From Candidatus Nezhaarchaeales archaeon (GTDB lineage: Archaea > Thermoproteota > Methanomethylicia > Nezhaarchaeales > B40-G2), in assembly GCA_038894875.1 (NCBI GenBank), contig JAWAOK010000001.1, positions 1 through 54,836 of the forward strand: a DNA stretch of 54,836 bases. The letters are read 5' to 3'. A model generated the notes under the pieces. It was not told the DNA's origin, did not search any database, and saw only the letters and a program-made list of their open reading frames with translations. Made by a program: the position numbers and the translations under genes. This document shows, in pieces, positions 41,033 to 49,221 of the stretch. The stretch's first letter is position 1. Every line of letters starts with the position of its first letter.

Positions 41033-41639
41033 GATAGAGGGGCTACGTCTGACGGTATGTCAGGATGTTTATCCTCCTTCTGAGGATACTTACCTTCTAC
41101 TCGATGGGATAAACGACAGGAGAGCTGACGTTGCCCTTGAGGTAGGTTCAGGGACGGGCATCGCCACTTTGAAGATGGCTAGTAATGGCTCCTTCGTCGT
41201 GGCATCAGACATCGACCCCAAGGCCGCTCATTGTACTAAATTAAATGCAAAAAAGAATGGACTAAGTTCTTTAATCGACGTGGTCGTTGGGGATTCGCTA
41301 TCTCCTTTCAGAGATCAAGGCTTTAACTTAATAGTCTTCAACCCGCCTTACTTACCGACCGAGGACAGAGACGTAAGGTGGTCTGGAGGCCCCAATGGTA
41401 GAGAGGTGCTAGATAGATTCATTAATGAGGTATGTTCAAAGCTCAAGAGCGGAGGCATCCTCCTGCTCATTCAGTCCACTTTGACAGGGGTGGCTGAGAC
41501 TTTAAACAAATTGAGGTCTAAAGGGATGAGGGCCGGTGTAGCTCGGTTAGTTAAGGTAGGCTTATTTGAGGAGATCGTGTTAATCGAGGCCCTGAGATTG
41601 AAGTTTGAGCCAGAGCCTTCGAAAACCTCCGGCCAGTAA
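41022..41639 (+). CDS. HemK/Mtq2-like (release-factor glutamine) methyltransferase
   Basis: Contains VYPPSEDTYLL, the SAM motif LEVGSGTGI and the catalytic FNPPYLP. The ATG at 41022 overlaps the ksgA end by 11 nt, and the track TTG at 41007 is also possible. Confidence 0.7.
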   Translation: MEIEIEGLRLTVCQDVYPPSEDTYLLLDGINDRRADVALEVGSGTGIATLKMASNGSFVVASDIDPKAAHCTKLNAKKNGLSSLIDVVVGDSLSPFRDQGFNLIVFNPPYLPTEDRDVRWSGGPNGREVLDRFINEVCSKLKSGGILLLIQSTLTGVAETLNKLRSKGMRAGVARLVKVGLFEEIVLIEALRLKFEPEPSKTSGQ

Positions 41640-42311
41640 AGAGGCCTCTCTGCTGGCCAAGAAACTTCTACCAAGCACATTTCGCAAAGACTTTACCGTC
41701 AGTTTAAGTCTGGCGCCTTCTAGGCCTGAGGCCCTGAGGAGAGACTCGAAGTAAGAAACTATTATTTCAATAACCCTTCTGTCAGCTGGCTTAGCATAGC
41801 TTGCCTTTTGTCTAACATTAAAGGCTTTATAAAGTTCGTAAAGAATTATGCCAGCGGCCATAGCTACATTTAAGACGGGATACTCTGAGGCGGCCGGAAT
41901 AGTGACGATTACGTCACAAAGCTCCAGCTCCTTATTTAATAAGCCGATGCTCTCCCTTCCCAGCAGTAAGGCTGCGATGCCGCTTTCATACCTCAATAGG
42001 TAACGGGCTAACTCCTCTGGAAACACCGTTATCCTAGTTAAGTTTGAAGGGCTTCTTGCTGACACTGCTGTAGAACCGATCACTATTGAGACTCCGTCTA
42101 AGGCCTCCTGAAGAGAGGACACCACCACTGCGGATTCTAAAACATCAATTGCGTGAGCTGCATAAGGCCTGGCCTCACTGAGCTGAGCCTTGGGATTAAC
42201 TAGGTACAGCTGCTTTATGCCGAAGTTCTTCATCACTCTAGCTACGCTACCCACGTTACCTCCCTTCTCTGGCTCCACCATCACCACTCTAATTATCAAG
42301 TAAATCACCAA
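41580..42311 (-). CDS. trmJ: SPOUT-class RNA 2'-O-methyltransferase, TrmJ-like
   Basis: Contains IRVVMVEPEKGGNVGSVARVMKNFG, LLLGRESIGL, and IP...PVLNVAMAAGIILYEL (the trefoil-knot motifs). Confidence 0.75.
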   Translation of the reverse strand: MVIYLIIRVVMVEPEKGGNVGSVARVMKNFGIKQLYLVNPKAQLSEARPYAAHAIDVLESAVVVSSLQEALDGVSIVIGSTAVSARSPSNLTRITVFPEELARYLLRYESGIAALLLGRESIGLLNKELELCDVIVTIPAASEYPVLNVAMAAGIILYELYKAFNVRQKASYAKPADRRVIEIIVSYFESLLRASGLEGARLKLTVKSLRNVLGRSFLASREASLLAGGFRRLWLKLQSQGLD

Positions 42312-42443
42312 CTAGCCCCATTATGGCTTCGGAACTCGAGCGAGCTCGCATTTACAGCGTAAATTGCGATGTAATAAAGATTATTTTTACTAAGATCGGT
42401 GTTAGGAGCTGAGGCTGCGCTAAGTACTAAACCCGCTAAAACC

Positions 42444-42452
42444 TTTATATAA
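42444..42452 (+). promoter_or_regulatory. TATA box TTTATATAA upstream of rpl10e
   Basis: The context is cgctaaaacCTTTATATAAgg, 29-37 nt upstream of the ATG at 42481, with a purine-rich BRE-like stretch just upstream. Confidence 0.5.
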
Positions 42453-42480
42453 GGAGGCTTGCAAACGCCTGGGGTCCAAA

Positions 42481-43005
42481 ATGCCCTTACGTCCCGCTCA
42501 TTGTTACACTAGTCTTAAAGGCCCGGCCTATACTCGACGAGAGTACATAGGCTCGGGTCTCACTCCGAAGATAGTCAAATTCAGGATGGGTAATCCTCAT
42601 GGAGATTTCGACGTTGAGGTCAAACTGGTGGCTAAAGAGGCTGGGCAAATAAGGCACAATGCCCTCGAGGCCGCTAGGGTCATGGCGAGCAAATTACTAT
42701 CCTCAACATTGACTGAGCAAGGATATTACTTGATTATTCACGTTTATCCTCACCACGTCTTAAGGGAAAATAAAATGATGGCCTTCGCTGGAGCCGATAG
42801 GCTCCAAGACGGAATGAGGCTAGCCTTTGGAGACCCCATAGGGCTAGCTGCTAGGGTTCACTCAGGCGCGGTAATAATGTCCGTAAAAGTCAAGGGCGAA
42901 AAGGTGGAGTTAGCAAAGCAAGCATTAAAGAGGGGGGCTTCAAAGCTTCCAATTCCATGTAAAATCGTAGTCGAGTCCATTCAGAAAGAAAAGCAGACTG
43001 CGTGA
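42481..43005 (+). CDS. rpl10e: 50S ribosomal protein L10e (uL16)
   Basis: Contains MPLRPAHCY...YTRREYI...[10 protein letters not shown]. Confidence 0.95.
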   Translation: MPLRPAHCYTSLKGPAYTRREYIGSGLTPKIVKFRMGNPHGDFDVEVKLVAKEAGQIRHNALEAARVMASKLLSSTLTEQGYYLIIHVYPHHVLRENKMMAFAGADRLQDGMRLAFGDPIGLAARVHSGAVIMSVKVKGEKVELAKQALKRGASKLPIPCKIVVESIQKEKQTA

Positions 43006-43073
43006 AATGCAGCGGAGAGGTCCTGCACGGGTACAGCCCACGCGTCCTGTATAAAGATAATAGCGGGTACTGC

Positions 43074-45470
43074 CTACCCTAGCCCGAAGGTTCCATTAAC
43101 CTTGAGTTGAGATAGGCGCTCAAGGATGATCTTCATTTCAATACTGGCGACAAGGCGCTTGGTCTCAATAACAACGTCTGGATTGACACTAATGCTATCT
43201 ATGCCACAGCGAACTAAGAACTCAGTGAACTCTGGATAAACGCTCGGTCCTTGGCCGCAAATACTTACAGTGACACCATGTTTATGTGCTGTCTTAATGA
43301 GGTGCTCTATGGCCCTCTTAACTGCCGGATCCCTCTCGTCAAAGTACCTTGGATCGATGTTGGGTAAGATTTGTGAGTCCCTATCGGTCCCTAAGATGAG
43401 TTGCGTTAAGTCATTGCTGCCTATACTAAAGCCATCAAAGTATTTACAAAACTCCTCCGCCATAAAGATGACTGATGGTACTTCCACCATTGCCCACACT
43501 TTAAAATCTCTTCCCCTCTTTAGCCCTTCGTCCTCCATAATCCTAAGGACTTCTTCAACTTCCCAAATGGTCCTCACGAAAGGCAGCATCACCCACACGT
43601 TCTTAAGCCCCATTTCGTCGCGTACCTTCTTAATGGCCCTAAGTTCAAGTTTAAATGCCTCCCGATATTGTGGGCTTATGTAGCGGCTCACACCTCTCCA
43701 TCCTAACATCGGATTATCCTCATGAGGTTCGTACTTCTCGCCACCTTTGAGCCTTCTATATTCATTGGTTTTAAAGTCACTCAGCCTAACAACTACCGGC
43801 CTTGGATATACTTCACGAGCTACCATTGCTATCCCTTCAGCTAACTTCTCCACGAATTTCTCTCCCTGTCCGACCTCAAGCAGATACAATGGATGTTCTC
43901 CTATCCAACTAGCCATAATGAACTCTATTCGCATTAGGCCTATTCCATCAAATGGTAAGTCCTTATACTCTACTATCTTTTCGGGGACGCCAAGATTCAT
44001 AAAGATCTTTGTCCCAGTTACTGGGATAAAGGTGCTGACCTCGCGTGCTATAGCAGTTATAGTAGGTTGTGGAGGTCTGGTCTCCGCTAAGACCGTGTCG
44101 ACCCTTCCCTCGTAAACTACTCCAACCCTAGCATCAACAGTGTACTCCTTCCCAGTCTTCATCAACTTTGTGGCATTTCCAGTACCTACTATTGCAGGAA
44201 TTCCAAGTTCGCGACTCACTATAGCGGCGTGGCACGTCATTCCGCCGTCGTCGGTTACTATTGAACTGGCGATTCTCATGAAAGGCACCCAGTCAGGGTT
44301 AGTCATCTTTGTAACGAGTATGTCCCCCTTCCTAAATGATGAGGTCAGTTCCTCGGGTGAGAATGCTACCCTTGCAACGCCATAAGCAACACCGGGACTT
44401 GCCGGCAGGCCCTTGACTAATGGGATGGCGGGTAAGGCAGCTTCCTTTTTTATTTCTGGAGGAGGAGGCGTCCTCAGCCCCCAGATAGTTTCAGCTCGGC
44501 TTTGCACTATGAATATATTTCTGGGAAAGGGAAGATCGCGATCAACAGCCCATTCTATATCTTGCGGCTTACCGTAATGGTTTTCAATCTTAATGGCAAG
44601 CTCGGCAAGCAACCTTACTTCCTCAGGAGATAAGCAGGGCTGTTTCCTACGCTCAGGGGGGACGGTAGCGCGAATAGTGGCTCCTGCTTCAGGGTCATAC
44701 ACATACTCCACTGCCTTCTCAGCTATTTGCTGCTCAACCACCTCCAATGTGTTCTTATCAACTATAAACCGATCAGGAGTGACCGAGCCGCTGACAACGC
44801 CTTCACCTAAGCCCCAGCTGCCCTCAATGACTATCTTCGTGCGGTCGCCTGTAACTGGGTGGATAGTAAACATCACGCCGGCTGACCTAGCATTTACCAT
44901 CTTTTGGACTACTACACTCATCAACACTTTTTCATGAGGAAAGCCCTTTTGTTGACGATAAAAGATGGCCCTAGGGGTAAATAAGCTTGACCAACACTTT
45001 ATTACTTTTTTAATTAACTCTTCCTCTCCCTTCACATTAAGGTAGGTTTCCTGCTGGCCTGCGAAACTAGCATCAGGTAGGTCTTCAGCTGTAGCACTTG
45101 ACCTAACTGCCACACGTACCTCGTCAACCCCGATCCTGTTTGAGAGTTCGCGATAGCTCAATCTTATGGCTTCCTCAATTTCACGAGGAATCGGCGTACT
45201 CTCTATGATGCTCCTTATCTCTTTACTAGCCTCTTCATACTCATGAGGATCGTCTACATTCTTGATTTTTTCACTAATTATTTGATAGATTTTCTCCTTA
45301 ATGCCCGTCTCCTCTATAAAGTTCTGATATGCTTGAGCCGTTATTACGAAGCCTGAAGGCACCGGAATTCCTATCTTCAACATCTCTCCCAGATTAGCTC
45401 CCTTGCCACCAGCCTTGGCTATGTCATATCTTCCTAGCTGCTCAAGCCATATGATGAGGGGACTAGACAT
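43074..45470 (-). CDS. ppsA: Phosphoenolpyruvate synthase (pyruvate, water dikinase)
   Basis: Has the N-terminal ATP-grasp GGKGANLGEM, the phospho-His motif GGMTCHAAIVSRELGIPAIVG, and a C-terminal PEP-utilising TIM domain (GSNDLTQ). Confidence 0.95.
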   Translation of the reverse strand: MSSPLIIWLEQLGRYDIAKAGGKGANLGEMLKIGIPVPSGFVITAQAYQNFIEETGIKEKIYQIISEKIKNVDDPHEYEEASKEIRSIIESTPIPREIEEAIRLSYRELSNRIGVDEVRVAVRSSATAEDLPDASFAGQQETYLNVKGEEELIKKVIKCWSSLFTPRAIFYRQQKGFPHEKVLMSVVVQKMVNARSAGVMFTIHPVTGDRTKIVIEGSWGLGEGVVSGSVTPDRFIVDKNTLEVVEQQIAEKAVEYVYDPEAGATIRATVPPERRKQPCLSPEEVRLLAELAIKIENHYGKPQDIEWAVDRDLPFPRNIFIVQSRAETIWGLRTPPPPEIKKEAALPAIPLVKGLPASPGVAYGVARVAFSPEELTSSFRKGDILVTKMTNPDWVPFMRIASSIVTDDGGMTCHAAIVSRELGIPAIVGTGNATKLMKTGKEYTVDARVGVVYEGRVDTVLAETRPPQPTITAIAREVSTFIPVTGTKIFMNLGVPEKIVEYKDLPFDGIGLMRIEFIMASWIGEHPLYLLEVGQGEKFVEKLAEGIAMVAREVYPRPVVVRLSDFKTNEYRRLKGGEKYEPHEDNPMLGWRGVSRYISPQYREAFKLELRAIKKVRDEMGLKNVWVMLPFVRTIWEVEEVLRIMEDEGLKRGRDFKVWAMVEVPSVIFMAEEFCKYFDGFSIGSNDLTQLILGTDRDSQILPNIDPRYFDERDPAVKRAIEHLIKTAHKHGVTVSICGQGPSVYPEFTEFLVRCGIDSISVNPDVVIETKRLVASIEMKIILERLSQLKVNGTFGLG

Positions 45471-45673
45471 GAGTAAGCCCCGAGGTGGTCTTTTGTAAGG
45501 GATGTTGACCTGTTATTTAACTCTTTAGACGCCTATACAGTTGATCAAAGCGAACCTCACGATTATTAAGCAATTATTGAGGGGGTGCCATTGAAGAGTA
45601 AACACTCTCTTAACTAAATTACATTTAAATTTCATTTAAGGACTGGTTTAAAGCGTCCTGCGATCCTTTATGA

Positions 45674-47149
45674 TCATTTAGCTCGGTTTTGGAGAAGCCA
45701 CCTCAAGAAAATAGGTATAGCTCTACTTCTTAAGGTCTCTTGGATCTTCGACAGCCCTAGCCTTCGTACTAAGGCATTTTTGAGCATGTGAACCAACGCT
45801 TTAAAGAGGGGTATGTTTCGCTTAATTATTTGCTTAGCTACATAACTTGGCCTTAGGTAGAAAGTTATATAGGCCTGCTTCCACTTGAAAAGCATGTACT
45901 TACGATTAAACTCTCCCGTCTCAAAGACAGGAGTGACTATATCATACTTAGACCAATCTTTCTCAATTAATAGTTGAGCTCTCTTTAGCTCCTCATAGAG
46001 TTTCGTCCCCGGAAACGGCGTTGCAATGCAGAATTGAGCTATATCACTCTCGAGCTGCCTGACGAACTTTATGGTCTCTTCCACATCTCTCCTAGTTTCC
46101 GTTGGCCAAAAGAGTATCACCGAAGCTACGGTATTTATCCCAAGTTTCCTACAAAGCTTGAAAGTCTTGGCTACCTTTTCTACTGTAAGGAGTTTGTTCA
46201 TTTCCTTCAAGGTTTTAGGCGACTTAGACTCAACACCGAAATATATGGTATGGCAGCCAGCCCTCTTCATTTCTAACAGGAGCTCCACGTCCACACTGTC
46301 AGCCCTGGCGCTACACCCCCAAGTTATCTCCAAATTCCTACTCCTTATTTCACGACATATTTCCTTCACTCTTTTGCGACTAAGGGTGAAGATGTCATCA
46401 ACAAAGGAGAAGTCCGTAACTTTATAAGTAGTTATGTGGTGCTCTATTTCATCAACTACATTTGACGGACTGCGTGTCCTCCATTTACCCCTATTAAGCT
46501 TCCAAGAAACACAAAAGCTACATCTAAATGGACAGCCCCTACTCGTCACGATGGGGAGGGAGGGAAGTTTGATGCCAAATGATCGGTAAAGATCTAATGG
46601 AAGTTTTCGGTAAGACGGAAATGGCAGGACGTCTAAATTTTCTATTAGAGGCCTGTCAGGCTCTTTACGTATGCCTCCATTTTCCTCGCGATATGTAATA
46701 CCTAGTGTGCCCTTTAAGGATCTTTCAGACTCTAACCTTTCAAGGAGGTCGATGAAGGTCTGCTCTCCCTCCCCTCTTACTATGATGTCTATTTCTTTAC
46801 ACTCAACAAGTGCTTCCTCATCTAAGAAAGTTACATGGGGGCCGCCCATAACGACAGTCGCGTGGGGAAGAATTTGCTTAACCACCCTTGCCGCCCTATA
46901 TGCTTGATAAATAGTTGATGTAGTAGAAGTTATTCCTACGACGTTTGGCTTTACTGCTTTTAACACAAACGACAGAAGTGCTTGCCATCCATTACTAAGA
47001 GGATGGGTATCGATTACCCAAGTCTTAAATCCTCGTTGCTCAAGTACAGCATTTAAATATGCAAGCCCGACGTGGGGGACTTGCAATTCTTCTGAATAGG
47101 TACCATGGCTGGGAGGGGGGTTAAATAACATCACCTTCAAACTAGTCAA
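45674..47149 (-). CDS. B12-binding-domain radical SAM protein (class B rSAM), substrate unknown
   Basis: Has an N-terminal cobalamin-binding-like Rossmann region (VMLFNPPP...VGITSTTS...VVMGGPHVT) and the radical SAM cluster motif TSRGCPFRCSFC (CxxxCxxC). Confidence 0.85.
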   Translation of the reverse strand: MTSLKVMLFNPPPSHGTYSEELQVPHVGLAYLNAVLEQRGFKTWVIDTHPLSNGWQALLSFVLKAVKPNVVGITSTTSTIYQAYRAARVVKQILPHATVVMGGPHVTFLDEEALVECKEIDIIVRGEGEQTFIDLLERLESERSLKGTLGITYREENGGIRKEPDRPLIENLDVLPFPSYRKLPLDLYRSFGIKLPSLPIVTSRGCPFRCSFCVSWKLNRGKWRTRSPSNVVDEIEHHITTYKVTDFSFVDDIFTLSRKRVKEICREIRSRNLEITWGCSARADSVDVELLLEMKRAGCHTIYFGVESKSPKTLKEMNKLLTVEKVAKTFKLCRKLGINTVASVILFWPTETRRDVEETIKFVRQLESDIAQFCIATPFPGTKLYEELKRAQLLIEKDWSKYDIVTPVFETGEFNRKYMLFKWKQAYITFYLRPSYVAKQIIKRNIPLFKALVHMLKNALVRRLGLSKIQETLRSRAIPIFLRWLLQNRAK

Positions 47150-47429
47150 GAGAGAGTCAGAGTAAGATCGTAAAAGTTTTCCGCTTTTTGCCTTAGCAAT
47201 TTACACATAAAGTGGCCGCAGCTGTTTTGTCCAAAGAAAATACAACAACTACGTAAAATAATTGTAGAAATCTATGCCTTTGCGAAGTCTAATTAGTTCA
47301 AAAAATGCAGCGGCGCTTGAGCCCCTTCCATAAGCTAACAAGTAAAACGTTCATTATGCCAAAATCCGACACATAGTCCAAGTAGTTATGTTTAAATAAC
47401 TCCCGTTGCCTCTTATAGGCGCTATCAGA

Positions 47430-48443
47430 ATGGCACTCATAGACTTAGGTTTTGCAACAATAGTCGATTTCTTCTACAGATTGGCAGATTTAGCCGATGA
47501 ACTGAAGTCCCAAGGTCTCTTTGAATACTTACCTAAACCGCCGAGCCTTACTGGGCCAGCTACAGGCACTCTTGCAGTTAAGCTAGGGTTTCCAATTTTC
47601 CAAAAAGGAGGAGTATGTATGGATGTGACTAATTCAGAGCAGGCTGAAATAGCCGAGGATGCTGGCGCCGTGTCCGTTATGGTACTCGATAAGTTGCCAT
47701 ATGACGTTAGAAAAAGCGGTGGAGTTGCGCGCATGGCTGAGCCAAGAGCCATCGAAGAGGTCATGAGAACTGTGACCATTCCAGTGATGGCTAAGGTTAG
47801 AATCGGACACTACTATGAGGCATTCATACTACAGGAGCTAGGCGTGGATATGATTGATGAAAGTGAGGTGCTAACACCAGCCGATGAACAAAGACACATA
47901 AATAAGTGGATATTTAAGGTACCGTTTGTTAACGGTGCTAGAGATCTAGGAGAGGCGCTTAGAAGGATAAGTGAGGGGGCCTCTATGATACGCACTAAGG
48001 GGGAGGCTGGGACAGGCAATGTCGCCGAGGCCGTTAAACATATGAGAAATATAAATGCTGAAATAAGGGCCTTAACGAGCATGGCCCCTGAGGATAGAGT
48101 TAGGAAGTCGAGGGAGTACGGCGTACCCTATGACTTAGTCGATCTAACCGCCAGGCTAAAGAGGCTGCCCGTCGTTAACTTTGCCGCTGGCGGTATAGCA
48201 ACACCAGCCGATGCTGCCCTTATGATGTGGCTCGGAGCTGACGGAGTCTTCGTAGGCTCTGGCATCTTCAAGAGCAAGGATCCTCGTGAAAGAGCCGAGG
48301 CCATAGTCCTAGCTACTGCCAAGTGGGATGAGCCGAAGGTAGTTCTGGAAGCCCAGAGAATGGTCTCTGAAGCGAAGAGCATGATGGGGATTGACATAAG
48401 GTCTTTAAGGCCTGAGGAATTGTTACAAGTAAGGGGAGTTTAA
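47430..48443 (+). CDS. pdxS: Pyridoxal 5'-phosphate synthase, lyase subunit PdxS
   Basis: Contains [56 protein letters not shown] and FVGSGIFKS, plus a crenarchaeal-type N-terminal extension. The ATG at 47430 is preferred over the track TTG at 47406. Confidence 0.95.
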   Translation: MALIDLGFATIVDFFYRLADLADELKSQGLFEYLPKPPSLTGPATGTLAVKLGFPIFQKGGVCMDVTNSEQAEIAEDAGAVSVMVLDKLPYDVRKSGGVARMAEPRAIEEVMRTVTIPVMAKVRIGHYYEAFILQELGVDMIDESEVLTPADEQRHINKWIFKVPFVNGARDLGEALRRISEGASMIRTKGEAGTGNVAEAVKHMRNINAEIRALTSMAPEDRVRKSREYGVPYDLVDLTARLKRLPVVNFAAGGIATPADAALMMWLGADGVFVGSGIFKSKDPRERAEAIVLATAKWDEPKVVLEAQRMVSEAKSMMGIDIRSLRPEELLQVRGV

Positions 48444-48447
48444 AGAT

Positions 48448-49050
48448 TTGAAAATAGGAGTACTATCCTTGCAAGGAGGAGTGGCTGAGCACATTTACAT
48501 GGTGAGGGCCTCATTAAATGAATTGAACGTTAGTGGTGAGGTCGTCAAGGTAAGTACTACCCAAAGCCTAAAGGATGTCGACGGCCTAATCATACCTGGT
48601 GGTGAAAGTACTACCATTCAGCGGTTAATGGTAAGGTTGGAGTTGTGGGACTTGGTTAGGGAACGAATAATCGATGGCCTACCTGCACTGGGCACGTGTG
48701 CAGGTGCCATACTATTAGCTAAGAGCGTCAAAGATCGCGAAGCTGAAAGGGCAAAAGTTGAGACTCTAGGGGTTATGAACATAGAGGTTGTGAGGAACTA
48801 TTTCGGTAGGCAGAGGGAGAGCTTCGAAGCCGATATCGTAATCCCCGTTCTCGGAGAGCGGCCATTTAGGGCCATATTCATAAGGGCCCCCGCCATAACT
48901 AAGGTAGATGCACCAGCCGAGGCCTTGTCCCAGCTAGGCAGTGTTATCGTTGCGGCAGCAGAAGGAGTCAATATAGCTACGGCCTTTCATCCTGAATTGG
49001 GTAAGGACCTTAGGCTACACAAGTTTTGGCTTCAAAACATACGTAGATAG
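48448..49050 (+). CDS. pdxT: Pyridoxal 5'-phosphate synthase, glutaminase subunit PdxT
   Basis: Contains KIGVLSLQGGVAEH, LIIPGGESTT, GTCAG (catalytic Cys) and AFHPE. The start is TTG, 4 nt after pdxS. Confidence 0.9.
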   Translation: MKIGVLSLQGGVAEHIYMVRASLNELNVSGEVVKVSTTQSLKDVDGLIIPGGESTTIQRLMVRLELWDLVRERIIDGLPALGTCAGAILLAKSVKDREAERAKVETLGVMNIEVVRNYFGRQRESFEADIVIPVLGERPFRAIFIRAPAITKVDAPAEALSQLGSVIVAAAEGVNIATAFHPELGKDLRLHKFWLQNIRR

Positions 49051-49149
49051 ACGTTAAAGTTGGTTATTCTTCATGTTTGATAAATAAAGGCGAGAATGCT
49101 TAAAGGCTCGCATCATGGATGACACAATTCATTAGAAAGGGAACGTTAC

Positions 49150-49221
49150 TGGACCGGGCGGGACTCGAACCCGCGACCCCCCGCGTGCGAGGCGGGTGTT
49201 CTACCTCTGAACTACCGGCCC
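49150..49221 (-). tRNA. tRNA-Ala (anticodon CGC), no intron
   Basis: The reverse complement is GGGCCGGTAGTTCAGAGGTAGAACACCCGCCTCGCACGCGGGGGGTCGCGGGTTCGAGTCCCGCCCGGTCCA. It has the G3:U70 Ala identity pair and the anticodon loop CT-CGC-AC. Confidence 0.9.
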
